DNA of 64,000 nt, taken from contig OZ374563.1 of the NCBI GenBank assembly GCA_977862235.1, positions 1,860,001 through 1,924,000 of the forward strand, in the 5' to 3' direction. The DNA comes from Dudresnaya verticillata. Its lineage: Eukaryota. The notes below the pieces were generated by a model. The model had not been told where the DNA came from, did not search any database, and was given only the letters and a program-made list of their open reading frames with translations. Shown here one piece after another: positions 10,870 to 24,681 of this stretch (within the stretch, counting starts at the first letter, position 1; each line of letters opens with the position of its first letter). Both the position numbers and the translations under genes were made by a program.

Positions 10870-11507
10870 GGTGGAGGTGGCTGTGGTCGCCGTTGTCGCC
10901 ATTGTCGCCGTCGTGGCGGAAGCAGCAGACGTGATCCCGTGGTCTTCTGGGCGCGCGCGCGCTTGGCTCGGCTGCAGCGCGGCGGGGCTCTTCCGTCCCG
11001 TATCTACAGCGCGCCGCTTCGCTGCCATCGTGTCTCGCGGAATCTCCGCGGACCGCCGCGCGGCGCGGCGCGTGCGCGCGGCAAACGGCAGCCGCAAGTT
11101 GCGACCGGTTAGGATATGCCGTGCGCACGCCGCGCGCTCGCGCCGCTTGGCGCCGCGCCGTTGGCCTCCGCCGCCACGTCGAACACGTGCACGTCGGCCG
11201 CGCCGCGCGAATCACGCCCACTCCCGCCAATTCGCTCCGCCCCACCGACCGCGCCTTCCGCACCAGCCACGTCCCACCGCCCCCGACTCTCGCCCACCCC
11301 CCGCCCACCCTAACGCCCTCCCCGCCTTGTCCCTCCCCCCCCCCCCCCCCCCCCCCCCCTCTCCTCCCCCCCGCTCCGCCCCGCCCCGCCCTGCCCGCGC
11401 TCCACCCCCCCGGCCATGTCCGCCCCCTCCCGCCCGCCCTACGGTCGACCCCGCCGCAGCTGACGCCCGCAACTACCCACGCCCCGCATCGACCTCCGCT
11501 CCCCGCC

Positions 11508-12290
11508 ATGACGAGCGAACAGCCCACCCCGTCGCCGTCGCCCCCGACCCCGCCGCCCGAGCCGCGCCCAGCCGCGCCCGCGCCCGCCCCTGCCGCGCCC
11601 ACCACCCCCGCCGCGCCCATCACGGGCCGCGAGCACGCCCCGCCCGTGGGCACCCGCGTCGAGGTCCTCTGGCACATCGAGCCGGCCGCCGGCGACGACG
11701 ACGACCACCCAGACAACGACGACCCTGCCGCTCCGCACGAGCGCTGGTGGGGCGCCGTCGTGCAGGACTGCACCCCCGACCGCGCCGGCCCGTCGCTGGC
11801 CCCGGCACACCCGCACGCCCTCGTCCACATCCTGCTGTACGACGCCTACTCAGACTTTGCCGAGGACACCGCTCGAGTCGTCTTCCTCCCGCAAGGCGTC
11901 CTCATCGACCTGGCCCGAGCCGCCGACGAAGACCGTGGCTTGCTCGACTGGCGCGTCGAGCAGCCCCACGACCCCGCCGCACCGCATCCCGACCTCCGCG
12001 CACAGCCGCTCTCGCTCGCCCAGGTCGCTAGCCACCACGATGACCTCGTGCGACAGGCCGGCCTTCCACGCGACGCAGACCTCACCGCCCTCAGCCAACT
12101 CCCCACCGATGTGCAGCTGCACATGACCTCGGGTTATCGCATGTTTGCGGATGGCGTCAAGGAGATGCTGGCGGAGCTCATGCGAACCAAGCCCCCCGGC
12201 TATGTCGTTACTGAGGCTGATGTCCAGGACATTTTTGCGAAGATTCAGGCCGCAAGGAAGAACGCAGCCCAAGTTGGTGCGGGCATGTGA
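11508..12290 (+). CDS. Hypothetical protein with Tudor/Agenet-like beta domain
   Basis: gccATG at 11508; PPVGTRVEVLW...RWWGAVV...HILLYD pattern typical of Tudor-like folds; helical C-terminus. Confidence 0.6.
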   Translation: MTSEQPTPSPSPPTPPPEPRPAAPAPAPAAPTTPAAPITGREHAPPVGTRVEVLWHIEPAAGDDDDHPDNDDPAAPHERWWGAVVQDCTPDRAGPSLAPAHPHALVHILLYDAYSDFAEDTARVVFLPQGVLIDLARAADEDRGLLDWRVEQPHDPAAPHPDLRAQPLSLAQVASHHDDLVRQAGLPRDADLTALSQLPTDVQLHMTSGYRMFADGVKEMLAELMRTKPPGYVVTEADVQDIFAKIQAARKNAAQVGAGM

Positions 12291-13127
12291 GCGCTGCGTC
12301 ACCATGTTGTCGAACACCTTGACCTTGGTCTACGCTTCCACGGTTGCATGTTGTTGCCGCACAGCTCGCCGCAAAGGACCGAGCAGACAGGGATAGTTTC
12401 GGGTTGGGGTAACTTTTTTGCCCCGGCGTTGTACGCACAAAACCAATGAGAGGCGCATAGGATACTTTCTGCACGCACGAAACACCAATGGTATGGTGAA
12501 AGGGCTTGTTTCGACGGCTGAAGACCTCAACACGTAGCAGTGTGCAGAAACACAACACTTCGAGCCATCACCAAACGCTCTCAAGACTCGATTAATGCTG
12601 GGACACCAGTCTGTATTCGCTGTCATGCACTTTGAGCCCTGGTGGTTTCCCCTGTGCAAGACTCTGGGTGCTTCGCTTAAACTAGTTTTGGGGACTTCAC
12701 TTTATGTGGAATAGTTGATCTGCACAGCACAACAATGACTGTGCCAAGTAGAGCTACAGATGGTTTATTAGAGCACGTCTATCCGTTGTGATAAATTGTA
12801 TTTCTGAGAATAATATAGCTTTCTAAATAGTAGCTATCCGTGGGCGTGTACCGCGGCACCCGGGGTGCGGCGGATGTCAGCCAACATCGCTGAGCCAATA
12901 GTCGTGCTACAGAAATAGAGCCACGTCACATATACTCAGTTGCTGATTGGTGGGGCTCTAGCCAATACATTTACTCTATACTCAAAACAACAAGTACTTG
13001 GCACATGTACATTGGATACCCACCCTTTTCGTCACTCCGAGTGTGACATGGTGCATTTCAAACACAAACCACCGGGCGGAAAGCGCGCGAAATGCAGCAC
13101 GGCGGACAGGCGGTATGCCCCCCCGCC

Positions 13128-13215
13128 GCCACCGTCGTCGCCACCGTCGTCGCCACCGTCGTCGCCACCGTCGTCACCACCGTCGTCGCCACCGTCCTCG
13201 CCACCGTCATCGCCG
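13128..13215. repeat. 12-bp tandem repeat (CCACCGTCGTCG), about 7 copies
   Basis: Directly visible tandem units with few substitutions. Confidence 0.9.
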
Positions 13216-13622
13216 CTGGTGATTCGCCGCCAACATCATCCGTCCAGCAGGCACTGGCCACCAAACCACCAGATCTCGGTGTGGTGTAGTGAAAGGAACC
13301 CCTCTAAGGAGAGCTGATCAGGCAATCCCAATAAGGAGTGATCTCACAGGGCACCAGGGTGGTAGAGCTTAGTTCGTAGACCGAAGGGAGTACTTCGAGC
13401 GGCAACACCTTTAAGGAGTAAAGGGACGCAACAGACAAGGAGGACGGTACAGTACCAGGGCAGCTACACCGGGACGGAGGTAAGAGTAATCCGTGCACGG
13501 GGCTGGCGACGGGAAACTGTGAAGGAGTATGAGGGTAAGGCTTAGTGTAGTAGTATGGCCCGTCAAGGCAGAAACCCGCCAACCGGCAAGGAAAGCTGTC
13601 CTGGCGGTGCACAACACACTAG

Positions 13623-14297
13623 TGTGGTGAAGCGTCCGTTTTGGAGTGCGGACGACGGTTGAGCCGACCCGCGCCCGGCGCAGTGGTGAGCTGGCGCCAA
13701 AAGCCGAAACGGAGTGCAGCGACACAGTAGCACTGTACGCCTTGCTGGAGTCTGCGCGCACCACCAATAGGAGTCAAGTAGTTGATTTATTTGTAATTAG
13801 GTAATTATAACCATTCTGTACAGTACGTAGTGTCAGCCGGCCAATAAGAATGCCGAGCATGTCCGCAACGGTGACCGGGACCAGTAGGGCCGGACCCACC
13901 TGGTGGACCAGACCCATTGGGGTCTGGGCCACACGGACCGGACCGCGGGGCGTATCTCCCAGTATATTAATGGGTGGCCACCGCGAGTCCTACAGTAAAC
14001 GGGTACGCAACCCTGGGCAAAGTGACTTACCCTAAGCCTTACCCTCATACTCCTTTACGGTTTCCCCTCGCCAGCCCCGTGCACGGATTCCTCCTACCTC
14101 CGTCCCGGTGTAGCTGCCCTGGCACTGTACCGTCCCCCTTGTCTGTTGCGTCCCTTTACTCCTTACAGGTGTTGCCGCTCGAGGTACTCCCTTCGGTCTA
14201 CGAACTAAGCTCTACCACCCCGGTGCCGTGTGAGATCACTCCTTATTGGGATTGCCTTATCAGCTCTCCTTACAGGTGTGCCTTTCACTTCACCACA
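13623..14297 (+). repeat. 5' LTR of element A
   Basis: Direct repeat of 24682-25356; TGTGGTG...CACCACA termini. Confidence 0.95.
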
Positions 14298-14304
14298 TCT
14301 TTTT

Positions 14305-14316
14305 GGTCTCCCGACC
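14305..14316 (+). other. Putative primer-binding site of element A (possibly tRNA-Tyr)
   Basis: TGGTCTCCCG 7 nt after the LTR, complementary to a ...CGGGAGACCA tRNA 3' end. The tRNA identity is inferred. Confidence 0.45.
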
Positions 14317-14461
14317 TAGAAGGCCGTCAAGGTAGGAGAATCTCCGTTGGACTCCGCTTCGGTAGGAGGTCAACTTCGTGACAACTCCGTATTGGTGTAA
14401 AGGCAGGACAAGGCAAAACACTCGTTGACTCCATTTTGGTAACCTAATAATAGAAGAAAAC

Positions 14462-17046
14462 ATGGACCCTACCGCATCGGATCAAGGTGAGGTGCCGTCA
14501 ACCGCGAGATCACGCCGCGGTGACGATAACACCGTCCCGGAGGTGCCCTCTACTGCGAGAACACGCCGCAGTGAGCCCACCGAACCGGAGGTAGCTTCAG
14601 CCGCGAGAACACGCCGTGGCGAGGCTGCCGACCTGAACTCCGGTATGGAGAACGCTGAAGAACTCCTTAAAGGTGTAACCAGTAAGCTTGCTAGATCCCG
14701 ACCTGGTTCCGACACTTCCCGCAAGGGTATATCCAAGCCAGGTGACTCCAATCGTGTCCATTGGATACTTTCGGAAGTCATCCCACGGGTGTTGGAGCAT
14801 CTCCGTATAGAGGTGCAACCTAACATGGTCAAGGAGGTTGAGACCACGCTCGCCAACACCGTTCCGGTTATAGTTAGCTCCTACCTGGAGAAACACCTTC
14901 CGGAGTTGGTACAGACGCTCATCCGTCAGAAGCGTCAGGCGTCGGAGATCGAGCAGATGCTCATCCCCGGACAACCCCTACCGGGACCCAAGGAGCAGCC
15001 CTTTTCTGGACCTACACCGATACGGAATAACTTCCCGGTCAAGGGAGAAACGACGTATATGCCAGAAATCCCCACTCAGGTGTTTCCACCCGATCCGGTA
15101 AGGACAGCGGCAGCCCCTGGGTTACCTACCCAAACTCAATACACCGAATTGGATCCAACACACCAACCCCAACCGAATCGGAGTACGGTCCTTGGACCCG
15201 CAGAAGTGCCTGCGGGGAAACGTATCACCGTGCCGGTGGCTTCGCGTAGAGGCAGTGAGCACTCTGATGGTGACTCCAAGAAAAACCAAGACCGGAGTGG
15301 TAGAGACAGTGCTGACAGAAAGGCCAAGGACTCCCACTCCGATAAGGAACGTGACCGTTCGAAACGGAGCAAACGCGCTTCGCGACGGGACAAAGAACAC
15401 TCCGGTACGGAATCTGAAGATAGCCAACACCGCAATAGGAAGAAGAACAAGCGCAAGTCGCGCCATAGGCGCCGAAAAGGGCATGACTCCTCCCATTTCT
15501 CCGGCTCTGATACGAGCTACTCCGATACGGATAGGGACGAGCGGCGTCGGGCCAGAAAACACGACTCCAAACACCGAGAGGTCGACAGGCCACTCCCAAA
15601 GGTGATCCGACCCCTGACAGGTTCGTGAAGGCGCTGGATTTCCGAACATACCGACTGGAGAAAAGGAGTTCATACTACAGCTCCAGCTTGTCCCAGAATA
15701 TGGGACGTATCCGCAAAAAGCTGGAGGTGCAAATGAAGTCCCACTCCTTTAACGGTACAGACCCCATCACGGTCCTTGGATTTCTCGCGAAGTTCAAGGA
15801 TGCGTGTAACATCAACTCCATTTCGGAAGGAACCGCACTGTGGTGTTTCCAGTTTTTCTTAAGTGGACAGGCTGAAGCTTTGCTTCAAGCCCGTCTCGCT
15901 GGTGGCACCATGGCGGTCGACGAGGAGCAAGCAGAGATGCTTCGCACCTATACCGAAGTGGTGAATTTTTTGCTAAGGACTTATGCTACCGATGAGGTGA
16001 TTGCCGAAGGGTATTCGGCCGTAACGTCGTTTCGACAAACATCGGCCTTAACGGAAGAGCAATTCTCCAACCAACTTTGGACTAAGGCACTCCGATGCGG
16101 TACTGTATTCTCCGACAGGTCCCTCAAGTCGCTGTTTGTGGAAGGACTCCTACCGGGAACGTGTCAGCAGATGCGCAATTATCTTGCAACACACCCCCAT
16201 ATGGATTACCAAGCCATCACACGCTACGCTAAAGGGCTTGGAGAATCCCATCGGGCAACCAGACGCCAAACCTCAGCGGTGCACGTCTTCGACGGAAAAC
16301 CTAAGAGTCAGTCACGACGCTCTGGCGTTCTATCGATTGGTTCTCCATCGGATTACACCTACTCGGAGTACCCCGCTGAATCGGAGGAGCACGTGCTCGC
16401 AATGGAAGGTGGCGCGGGTCGAAGCGCCGGCACCTCGTCGGGGGTTACGTTTACCACAGCGTACTCATCCCCACCGAGTAGTGTCTACCCTATTCCGCCT
16501 CGGACTCCCAACCCTCGCCCACCGGCGCCACGGATGCAACCACCCCGGCAACCCCGCTACGGACCGGCTGATAGCCGCTACGGCTCCACCACACACCGTC
16601 AGGGAACCACCGGGCAGCATCCCAGCCATATTGGCCACCCCCACGGCAACACGCCTCCCCGTCAAGGGCAGGGCGAACACCGTATTGGAACACAATCCCC
16701 TGCCGCAGAGCACACGGATCACACCTCACCGGATGTCAGACGCCTCTATGGAAGCGGCTACTGTCGCTTGTGCCTCTCCCCGGACCATGTAATTTGTCCG
16801 TATCTGAGCGACACCGAAAGGGGTCCCCTGATGGAAGAGCGCGAGCGCAACTATCAGGCGCTACTCCTCAAGCGGCAGGCCTTCGCCAACTCCAATACGG
16901 GAAATCGTCCGCCGGGCAACTACTTGCAACGCCCCGCACGGGTGCTGACTGTCGATGGTGGTGCGGTTGGCGAGCCCCCAGCTGATATGGTGGAGGAGGC
17001 ACTTATGGCGCACCCCGACTCGGAAAACGCCGCAGGAGACGTGTAA
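14462..17046 (+). pseudogene. gag of element A, frameshifted near 15620
   Basis: ORFs 14462-15628 and 15625-17046. KALDFRTYRL and FNGTDPITVLGFL are homologous to element C gag; CRLC...H..C knuckle-like motif. Confidence 0.8.
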
Positions 17047-20000
17047 GGGCGTTCCCGTCTCCTCAATGCGACGTGGTACGCCCACCAATACTGGCTTTGT
17101 CGGACTGTCAGTCCGCCACCATTACGGAGTACCCCCTTGATTTTGTTCCAGAAATCCCCCTTGAATTTCCACCACCCGGTGATTCTGTCTGTGTTCTACA
17201 GCGGCAGAATTATAAAATCCAGATTACCGTGGGATGACCTCATGTTACCTCTCATCACCGTTTTGGATTCTGGTGCTGGGCCAAATCTCATTAACGCCAG
17301 ACGGCTTCCACGCCACTGGTTGTCCTTGATTCGCCCCGCTGCCAGTCCACCTTTACGGGATGCGTCCAATAGGTCGATACGCCCGCTTGGTGTCATTCAA
17401 CTTTTTGTCCGTATCGGAGAATTGCGTACTCTAGTCCACTTCCTGGTGGTCGCGAACCTCGCTGCTCCGTGTATTCTGGGAACCAGTTTCATTGATCGCC
17501 ATGTCAAGGCGATCCTCCCACCGGCACGGAATGTTGTTTTTCATCACCACTCTCCGGTTTCGCTAATGGGACAAACCAGACACTCCAAAACGGTGGCTGC
17601 TTCTACTCTTCAGGACCCCCCTGTTTCATCCGCTTCGGTATCGCAAAAGCTCCGACTAGCAAAATCCCTTATTATCCCCCTATGACCCAATCCCTTGCAT
17701 TGGTCACCACTCCTACCGGTGGTTTGTGTTTTCTTCAAAACCATCCCAAACCCATCCATAAGCACCTCACCCTTATGGCTAACGGGGTTATGGATGTAAT
17801 CCCTAACAAACCCTTTAAGGTATGGCTGACTAATTTTCCCCCAAACCGGTGCGGCTACCCAAGTCTACCGTCGTGGGCCTCGCTACTGCTGCTCCCTCTG
17901 CCATACTCACCGTTAACGGTGTACCTCCATTTAAGGAGGGGGGAGGACATATTAATTCCTTTCCTACTCCTCCTAATGAAAGCAGCAAGGCTACACCCCA
18001 AGATGGATTCAAAGGAAACACCGTATCGGAATCAACTACAACCCCTGACACCGATTGGAAAGATAACATCCATATTGGTGCCAAGGATGAAAAACTCCGC
18101 GCTAAGGTGGTTACACTCCTCGAGGAGTTCAGCACTATGTGGAACGGCGAGTTAGGAAATATAACTGCCGCGAAACACCGTATTGAATTAATGCCTGGTG
18201 CCAAACCGGTGTATCAAGCACCATATCGGGCAGGACATAAACAGCGCGAGCTGGAGAAGGCAGAAGTGGATCGTATGTTGTCCGCTAAGGTGATCGAGCC
18301 ATCCGCTTCGGAGTGGGCCAGCCCTGTGGTCTTCGTTCCTAAAAAGGACGGCTCCATGCGGTTTTGTGTCGATTACAGGCGCCTTAACGCTGTCACCGTT
18401 CGGGATTCATACCCTTTACCCCGGATGGATGAATGTATCGACTCCCTTGGAGAAGCTACAGTATTCACCACTCTGGATTGTAATAGTGGCTACTGGCAAG
18501 TAGAGATCCCCGAGGAGGAGCGTGACAAAACTACCTTCACCAGTCATTATGGATTATACCGCTTCCGGAGAATGCCTTTTGGGCTCAAGAATGCACCCGC
18601 TACTTTCCAACGGGCGGTGGACATCATCCTATCTACGGTGAAATGGCAATTTGCCTTAGTCTACCTGGATGATGTGATTGTATATTCTAACACCGTCACG
18701 GAGCACTTCGAACACCTTAAGGAGGTCCTCACGCTACTCCGTTCCGCAGGTTTCACTCTGAAATTATCGAAGTGTGCCTTCTTCGACATTTCCGTACAGT
18801 ATCTGGGTCACATAGTGCGCCCGGGCCAACTGGAAGTGGAACGGAAGAATATCCTCGCCGTTAAGGAGGCTAAGCCACCTACAAACCAAACGGAGTTGCG
18901 CTCTTTTCTAGGGTTATGGAACGTCTATCGACGCTTCGTTCCTAATTTCGCACGTATTGCTTCGCTACTCAATAAGAAAACCGGCAAGGGTCTGGTATTC
19001 GAGTTTGGAACTCTCACCGAAACGGAGTTTAACGCCTTTGAGGAGCTAAAGAGACACTTAATCTCCCCTCCAATATTGGCTTTACCCCGTCACGGTTTCA
19101 ATTATACGTTGGATACCGACGCTTGTGATTACCAAGTTGGGTGTGTCCTTCTCCAGGAGCAACCTAGTGGAGATAATCTACCAGTGGGTTACTGGAGCCG
19201 AAGTCTAACCGATGCGGAAAAGAATTACACAACCACGGAAAAGGAGTGCCTTGCTGTCGTTTGGAGTATGCTAACGCTAAGCCCCTACCTTTACGGTGAA
19301 AAGTGTATACTCCGTACGGATCACGACGCATTACGCTGGATATTGAGTCTAGCCGATGCGTCTGGACGCTTAGCAAGATGGCGCTTACGCCTATCGGAAT
19401 TTGAGTTCGAAGTACAATACCGCCCTGGTATCAAGCACCAACTCGCAGACGGTATGTCGAGACTCCGAACAGGTGGTGTTGACAAAGCTGAGTTGGATGA
19501 GGAAGTGCCTTGCTTCGTTATGGAATCGACTCCTAATGGTGTAGTGCAACATGGTGTGCGACTAACCAATTGGAAACAAACCCAGCAGCCTGATGCCGCA
19601 AGCAGCCTTGTCCTAGGCGTTGAAAGTGGAGACACCGAAACGGATAATACGCCTGAAAAGGAGACAGTACCATCCACTCCACTCCGGCAAACGGTCATCC
19701 AACAAGAGGATATGCGCAATGAGACCCTCACCCGTGAGGAGTTCATAGCCGCGCAAGCAACAGATACTTTCTGCAAGCTTAAAGCCGAATCGGTGGGATC
19801 CCCTGGATCACAATTTGACTACGACCGACATGGGTTTCTTGTGCGCAAGTCTGCCCTCGACGGCGCACTCCAAAAGGTGGTACCGCAACAGATGCGCGGC
19901 AGGGTCCTGTATCTTGCCCACTACACCCTCATGTCAGGACACCCTGGTGGAATTAAGATGTACTACACCTTACGGAGAGACTACTATTGGCCACATATGG

Positions 20001-21412
20001 CTAACGATGTATTCGAGACCGTTCGGAGTTGCCGCTCATGTGTCAAAACCAAGGGCACGCGGTTTAGGCATCAGAAGTTCATGAAGCTATTCCCCGCGAG
20101 TGGCCCACTGGAGTTTGTCGCTACGGACATATTGGGCCCGCTGCCGAAAACCAAACGAGGATATGTCTTTGTACTGGTCATCACCGATCGGTTTTCTAAG
20201 CTAACACGGTGCATTCCGTTACGGACGATTACAGCCGTCGTGGTGGCGAACGCATTTTTAGACCATTGGGTGTATGCGTATGGCGCACCTAAATTTGTAC
20301 TCACCGACAATGGAAGACAGTTCACGGCGAAGTTCTTCGACGCTGTCTGTGCCCTACTCGGAGTGCGGCATTTGCTGACCGCCGCCTACCACCCGCAAAC
20401 CAACGGGCAAGCCGAACAGTTTAACAAAACCATAGCGCAGCGCCTCCGCCACTACGTCGAGGATCACCACACCGATTGGGATTTATATCTACAGCCGTTA
20501 ACCTACTCCTACAATATGCAGGTACACCGGATTACGGATACTACCCCCTTTGAATTGGTGTTAACTCGGCACCCATCGGATATTATTGTGCGTGGCACCC
20601 CTGTGGAGTTGGAAGAAACCGTTACGGAGGGGCGTATGACGCCCGTACTCCAAAAGCGGGGCACCATGCGGCGTTTGCGCTATGCCCTACAGAAGGCGCA
20701 GACCAAGCAAACTACAGCCCAGTTGAAGTCGAAAGCCCTCTTCGACCGTAAGGTGCGTTTCCGACCGGTGGTTCGCGGTGGCGATCAAGTTTACGTAGAT
20801 CGCCCGCCGCGTAATTTACGACCCACCGAACGGAAGGAACGCGACCGATTGGGTCAAGGCCCTGACCACGTCGGTGAGTTTGCGGAGCAAATGAAGAAGC
20901 TCCTCCCAAGATCGACGGGCCCCTATGAGGTGCACACCGCAACGGATACTGTAGTCACTATCAAGAAGGATGGCGTCCTGATTCCCATCAGCATCGATCG
21001 CATCACTAAGGTACCAATTGGAGTTCCCGTGCAACCGGCGCCGCTATTGGCTCCGCCGGTTACGCCACACACCGACATGGACGGTACAGTGCCCCAGCAG
21101 GCGGGAGGCACCACAGTAGTACCCCAAACACCAGGTGGTATTACTGTAACCCCCCAAACGCCAGGCGGTATCTCTGCTCCCGTGCCGGAGACAATTGATG
21201 CCGATACGGAGTATGTTATCGAGCAGATCGTGGGACACCGCGAAGAACCCACGGGCATGACCTACAAGGTGCGTTGGTACGGCTACCCACCAGACCAGGA
21301 CACGTATGAACCCGCTGAGGAGTTGCCGCAAAACTTCATACACCGCTATTGGAATAGAAAGCGCACGGCAGCCCCTGCAGCTCGACGTCGCAGAACTCCC
21401 GCACGTCGATAG
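17022..21412 (+). pseudogene. pol of element A: protease, RT, RNase H, integrase and chromodomain; frameshifts in the PR region
   Basis: VLDSGAGPNLI, YLDDVIV, DTDACDYQVG, GHPG...CRSC, TDNGRQF, YHPQTNGQAE, and chromodomain EYVIEQIVGH..YKVRWYGY..DTYEP. Confidence 0.93.
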
Positions 21413-21793
21413 CCAGTCGCTACTCACCCACGCAGTAGGAGATTTGGAAAATCGGGCATGACCCGTGGACTCCGTGTTACCAGAACCCTTGCTCAAGGGG
21501 CTCTACTCCATATCGGTGGCTTGGCGTTGGTACAAAATGGGCATGACCTCTGGACTCTGGAACCACAGAACCCTTGCCCAAGGGGCTCTACTCCATATTG
21601 GTGAATCGGCGGCAAGCAAGCAACCACTTCTGATATGAGGTGGTCGCCCACTTGACGCAAAGCCTTGTAGGGTGTAGGGTACCCCGCCACTTCGGAGCTC
21701 ACTCCACAGTGGTGTTATTCCACTTCCCCTCCGCCACCGGAAGGGGGGCTCACAAAAATCACAAGATTTTATTGACAAGTGGCATTTCTACGC

Positions 21794-24666
21794 TTACACC
21801 GCATTTCGTGGACGCTTCGCTGGCGGCGCCAGGTCAGCCTCCGTATCTTCTTCTTTCGCCGCACTCTCCTCCAAGTAGGGAATATCTTCACCATATACCC
21901 TCGCGGTAATCATGGTGAGTCTCCTGCCGGTGTCTGCCATGCGTCGACGCAAAGCGCGAATGGTACGCCGTAGGCGCACCAGACGCCCTACCCACAGCAC
22001 GGCGGTGTTAATGGCCTCGTTCGCCGACGCCGGAAGGGGCATGCCCGCATCTCTACACCCTTCGCGGAGTCGCTGCAGGGCAGCCCCATCTACGCGCAAT
22101 TCCGCTTCGGTCCAATTCGTCGTCTTCTTAGGGGCACCCTCTTCTTGCTTCACCGTCACGGGTCAACATGACGGGGTGGCCCTCCACCTGGACCCGCAGC
22201 TGCCACAAACGTCACGGAGTCACTCGACGCGGGTGACACCGGTTTGGCAACGGCAACTTCACCCCGCTTCGGTGTAGGGTTCTTCACTGCTACTCCAGGC
22301 CGTGTGATCGCGAGTTCCTCCACTTGGTCGGTCCCCACTGGTGTAGCGTCCTCTTCCATCTCGGAGTCGTCGTGCTCCCCGACGGGACCCAACTTAGCCG
22401 CGGCTGCCGCCACTACCCTGGGCTTCCCTACCGCTACGGTATTCGCCGCCTTGTCCAACTTGGTGTTCGCATTGACCCACGGCGAGACAACCGGTTTCGA
22501 AGCCCCGATTGATGTAGATGCTGCGGCCACCCCCGACAAACCCCCCTGCGCCTCGATCTCCGCTCCTACAGGAGGAGACTCCGTTACGGTCTTCTTGGGC
22601 GAAGAAGTCGTGCGGTCGCCCCACGCCTTTATGGCCTCTACACCAGGGGATTCTCTTGGCACGAGGACCATTGGGTCCCCGCGCCCCTTCTCAATCTCGT
22701 CAACCCCCACCGGTGTAATCTCGTCTGCAGGCGGACTGTCGAGGCGTCCCTGTTGATACGGCACACCGGATGGAGTACCCCACTCACGTGATGGCGGAAC
22801 CCTTGATGGCCCCTCCGTCATGGGGTAGAACCTTGAGCGGGCGCGCATCGCGTGCCAGTTGGACATCTTCTCGTCGATCAACCACGCCGGCTCGGGGTCT
22901 TCCTCCGATAGGAAATACGCCATACCACACCCGGAGTTTAGCGGTGGCACCGACAACACGCGGTCGTCATTCCAATGATAACCGATGAACCCTGGCGTTC
23001 GCTCCCAATTGGTGTCGGCGTGAATCGTGAAGAGGCGTGCCACACGCGCCAAGGGGTATTCGGTCCCCTCAACCAACCGGTCTAATCCAACTTGGTGTAT
23101 AAGGGTGACCACCGGTCCGGGTAGCTTGAATATACGCCCGCACTCGCCACCTTCCGGATCCGTTCTGCTCCGCAGGTACGCCCTCCAGTCGGTCATCTTG
23201 GTATTAGCTCTTACACCCCTGTAGGTGACCTGTAACCAGGAGAAGAGGACTAACATGGCCCATTCCGCTTGGAGTATCCGACCGAACACCGTCATCAGCG
23301 GATGGTCGATTGACTTCTCTCCGCCTGGGTGTGCAGCTTGCCAGTCGCGATGCTGAATGAACCGGTTGGAGAAGTACGCCACCACCGTCGGCGTTGGCAC
23401 TGACAACCAACGGGTGACTTCATACTCGGCCCACCAATCCGGAGCGGTGCAGTACAAGCGACGGTGTGCCCCTGGCGGCACCTGGAAGAATTCGTTGGTG
23501 TTCCAAGTATGGAGTATCGCCCTTCCGAGACGGCGTCCATCTCTACTCCGCAACCGGAGTCTATGCTCTTTCGCTGCGTCGTCGGACCACCGTGGCGGAT
23601 TCGCAAACCAGTGAACCCCTTGGTCATACGGCTTCTCGTAGCACAGGAACTCGACACCAACAGGATGCTCTCGCAGTCGATGGGCCATAGCCAACAATCG
23701 GCACACCTTATCGGGATAGCCTTCTTCTTCCTGACACCTTAGCCACACGATGTCACACCCGGTTGGAGTTCGCACTCTACAGTTTGAGTGAATCCACCTG
23801 GCCCTCCACATCTCCTCACGCCGATTTGGAAATGGCTTGTTGTTGATTAACCCACCGGCGTCAGTAACAGCACTGTATCGACGCCCCTCTAGGGTGCCAC
23901 CATAGTTGGAAACGAACACCGATACGGGCATGGGGAGATACCCCATATCGCGCTCCTCCTCGGTCCGCTGACGCCGTCCGGTGCGGTGATCATACTCCCG
24001 GCCTGGCCAAGTCCCCTCATCGGTGTACCCCGTCGAGTCCACACGCCCGTGGTAACTCCCCGGTGTCCGCGGTGCGTATGGTAATGAACCCGACGGTCCG
24101 CCGCCGACACCCAAGTGGAGTGGGGGTGAGGTTACTCCACCTCCAACCTGACCAACCTGGAGACCCTGCGCATACGCGTCATATCGCCCATGCGGAGTTG
24201 CACGACGATATCTTCCCAGCTCCATCTCGGCGTAACCTTTGGAAGGACCGGGCCGTTGTGCGCCCGGCCCCACTTGTCGATCCGGAAGCGGAGTCGGTGC
24301 CTGGCGAGCCTCGCCGCCGTCGCGCCGTCGCGGCACCCGCGGGCTACCCGCACGTGCTGGCAGCGTCGGCGTTGCGCCCGCTGTCGGCGCAACTCCCGTT
24401 ATGGTGTCCGCGGGCCCGCCGCCTCCTCTCTCTTCTGCCTCCGGCGCCGGAGCCGCTCCCACCGACGATGCACGCCGTGTCTGTTGGAATGGGCTCCGTG
24501 CGCGGTCGGTGTTCCCGCCCGCCATTGCTAGCGGTACACCGGTTTGGACCTGTCTGTTGGTCGATCTGCCTGAAGTGAAGTGTGCCAATGAGGCTCTCTC
24601 CGTTGTTGGGTACACCTGAGTGGAGTTGTAGAAGATGTGCTGGGGCGCACGAGGACGTGTCGCCAT
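21794..24666 (-). CDS. Antisense extra ORF of element A (836 aa, plus a probable 121-aa frameshifted tail), unknown function
   Basis: 2.5-kb open frame 22156-24666 with its ATG adjacent to the PPT/3' LTR; homologous to the antisense ORF of element C. Confidence 0.75.
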
Positions 24667-24681
24667 TTAAGGAGGGGGGTC

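Noticed and set aside
11335..11360. Poly-C run in a divergent intergenic region (potential G-quadruplex on the minus strand)
   Set aside because: A simple homopolymer with unreliable length and no supporting evidence of function.
6310..12126. Many long overlapping Arg/Pro/Gly-rich ORFs (for example 10067-11830 minus and 10403-12031 plus)
   Set aside because: Shadow frames caused by very high GC content opposite or across the real genes.
13128..13215. Tandem repeat as a CRISPR array
   Set aside because: 12-bp units without unique spacers, no cas genes and a eukaryotic context.
21454..21612. Two degenerate ~85-bp tandem units after pol of A; similar short repeats at 38090-38225 in C
   Set aside because: Ordinary 3'-UTR tandem repeats of LTR elements, with no spacer structure.
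22156..24666. env gene interpretation of the extra ORF
   Set aside because: Antisense orientation and no evident signal peptide or C-terminal TM anchor.
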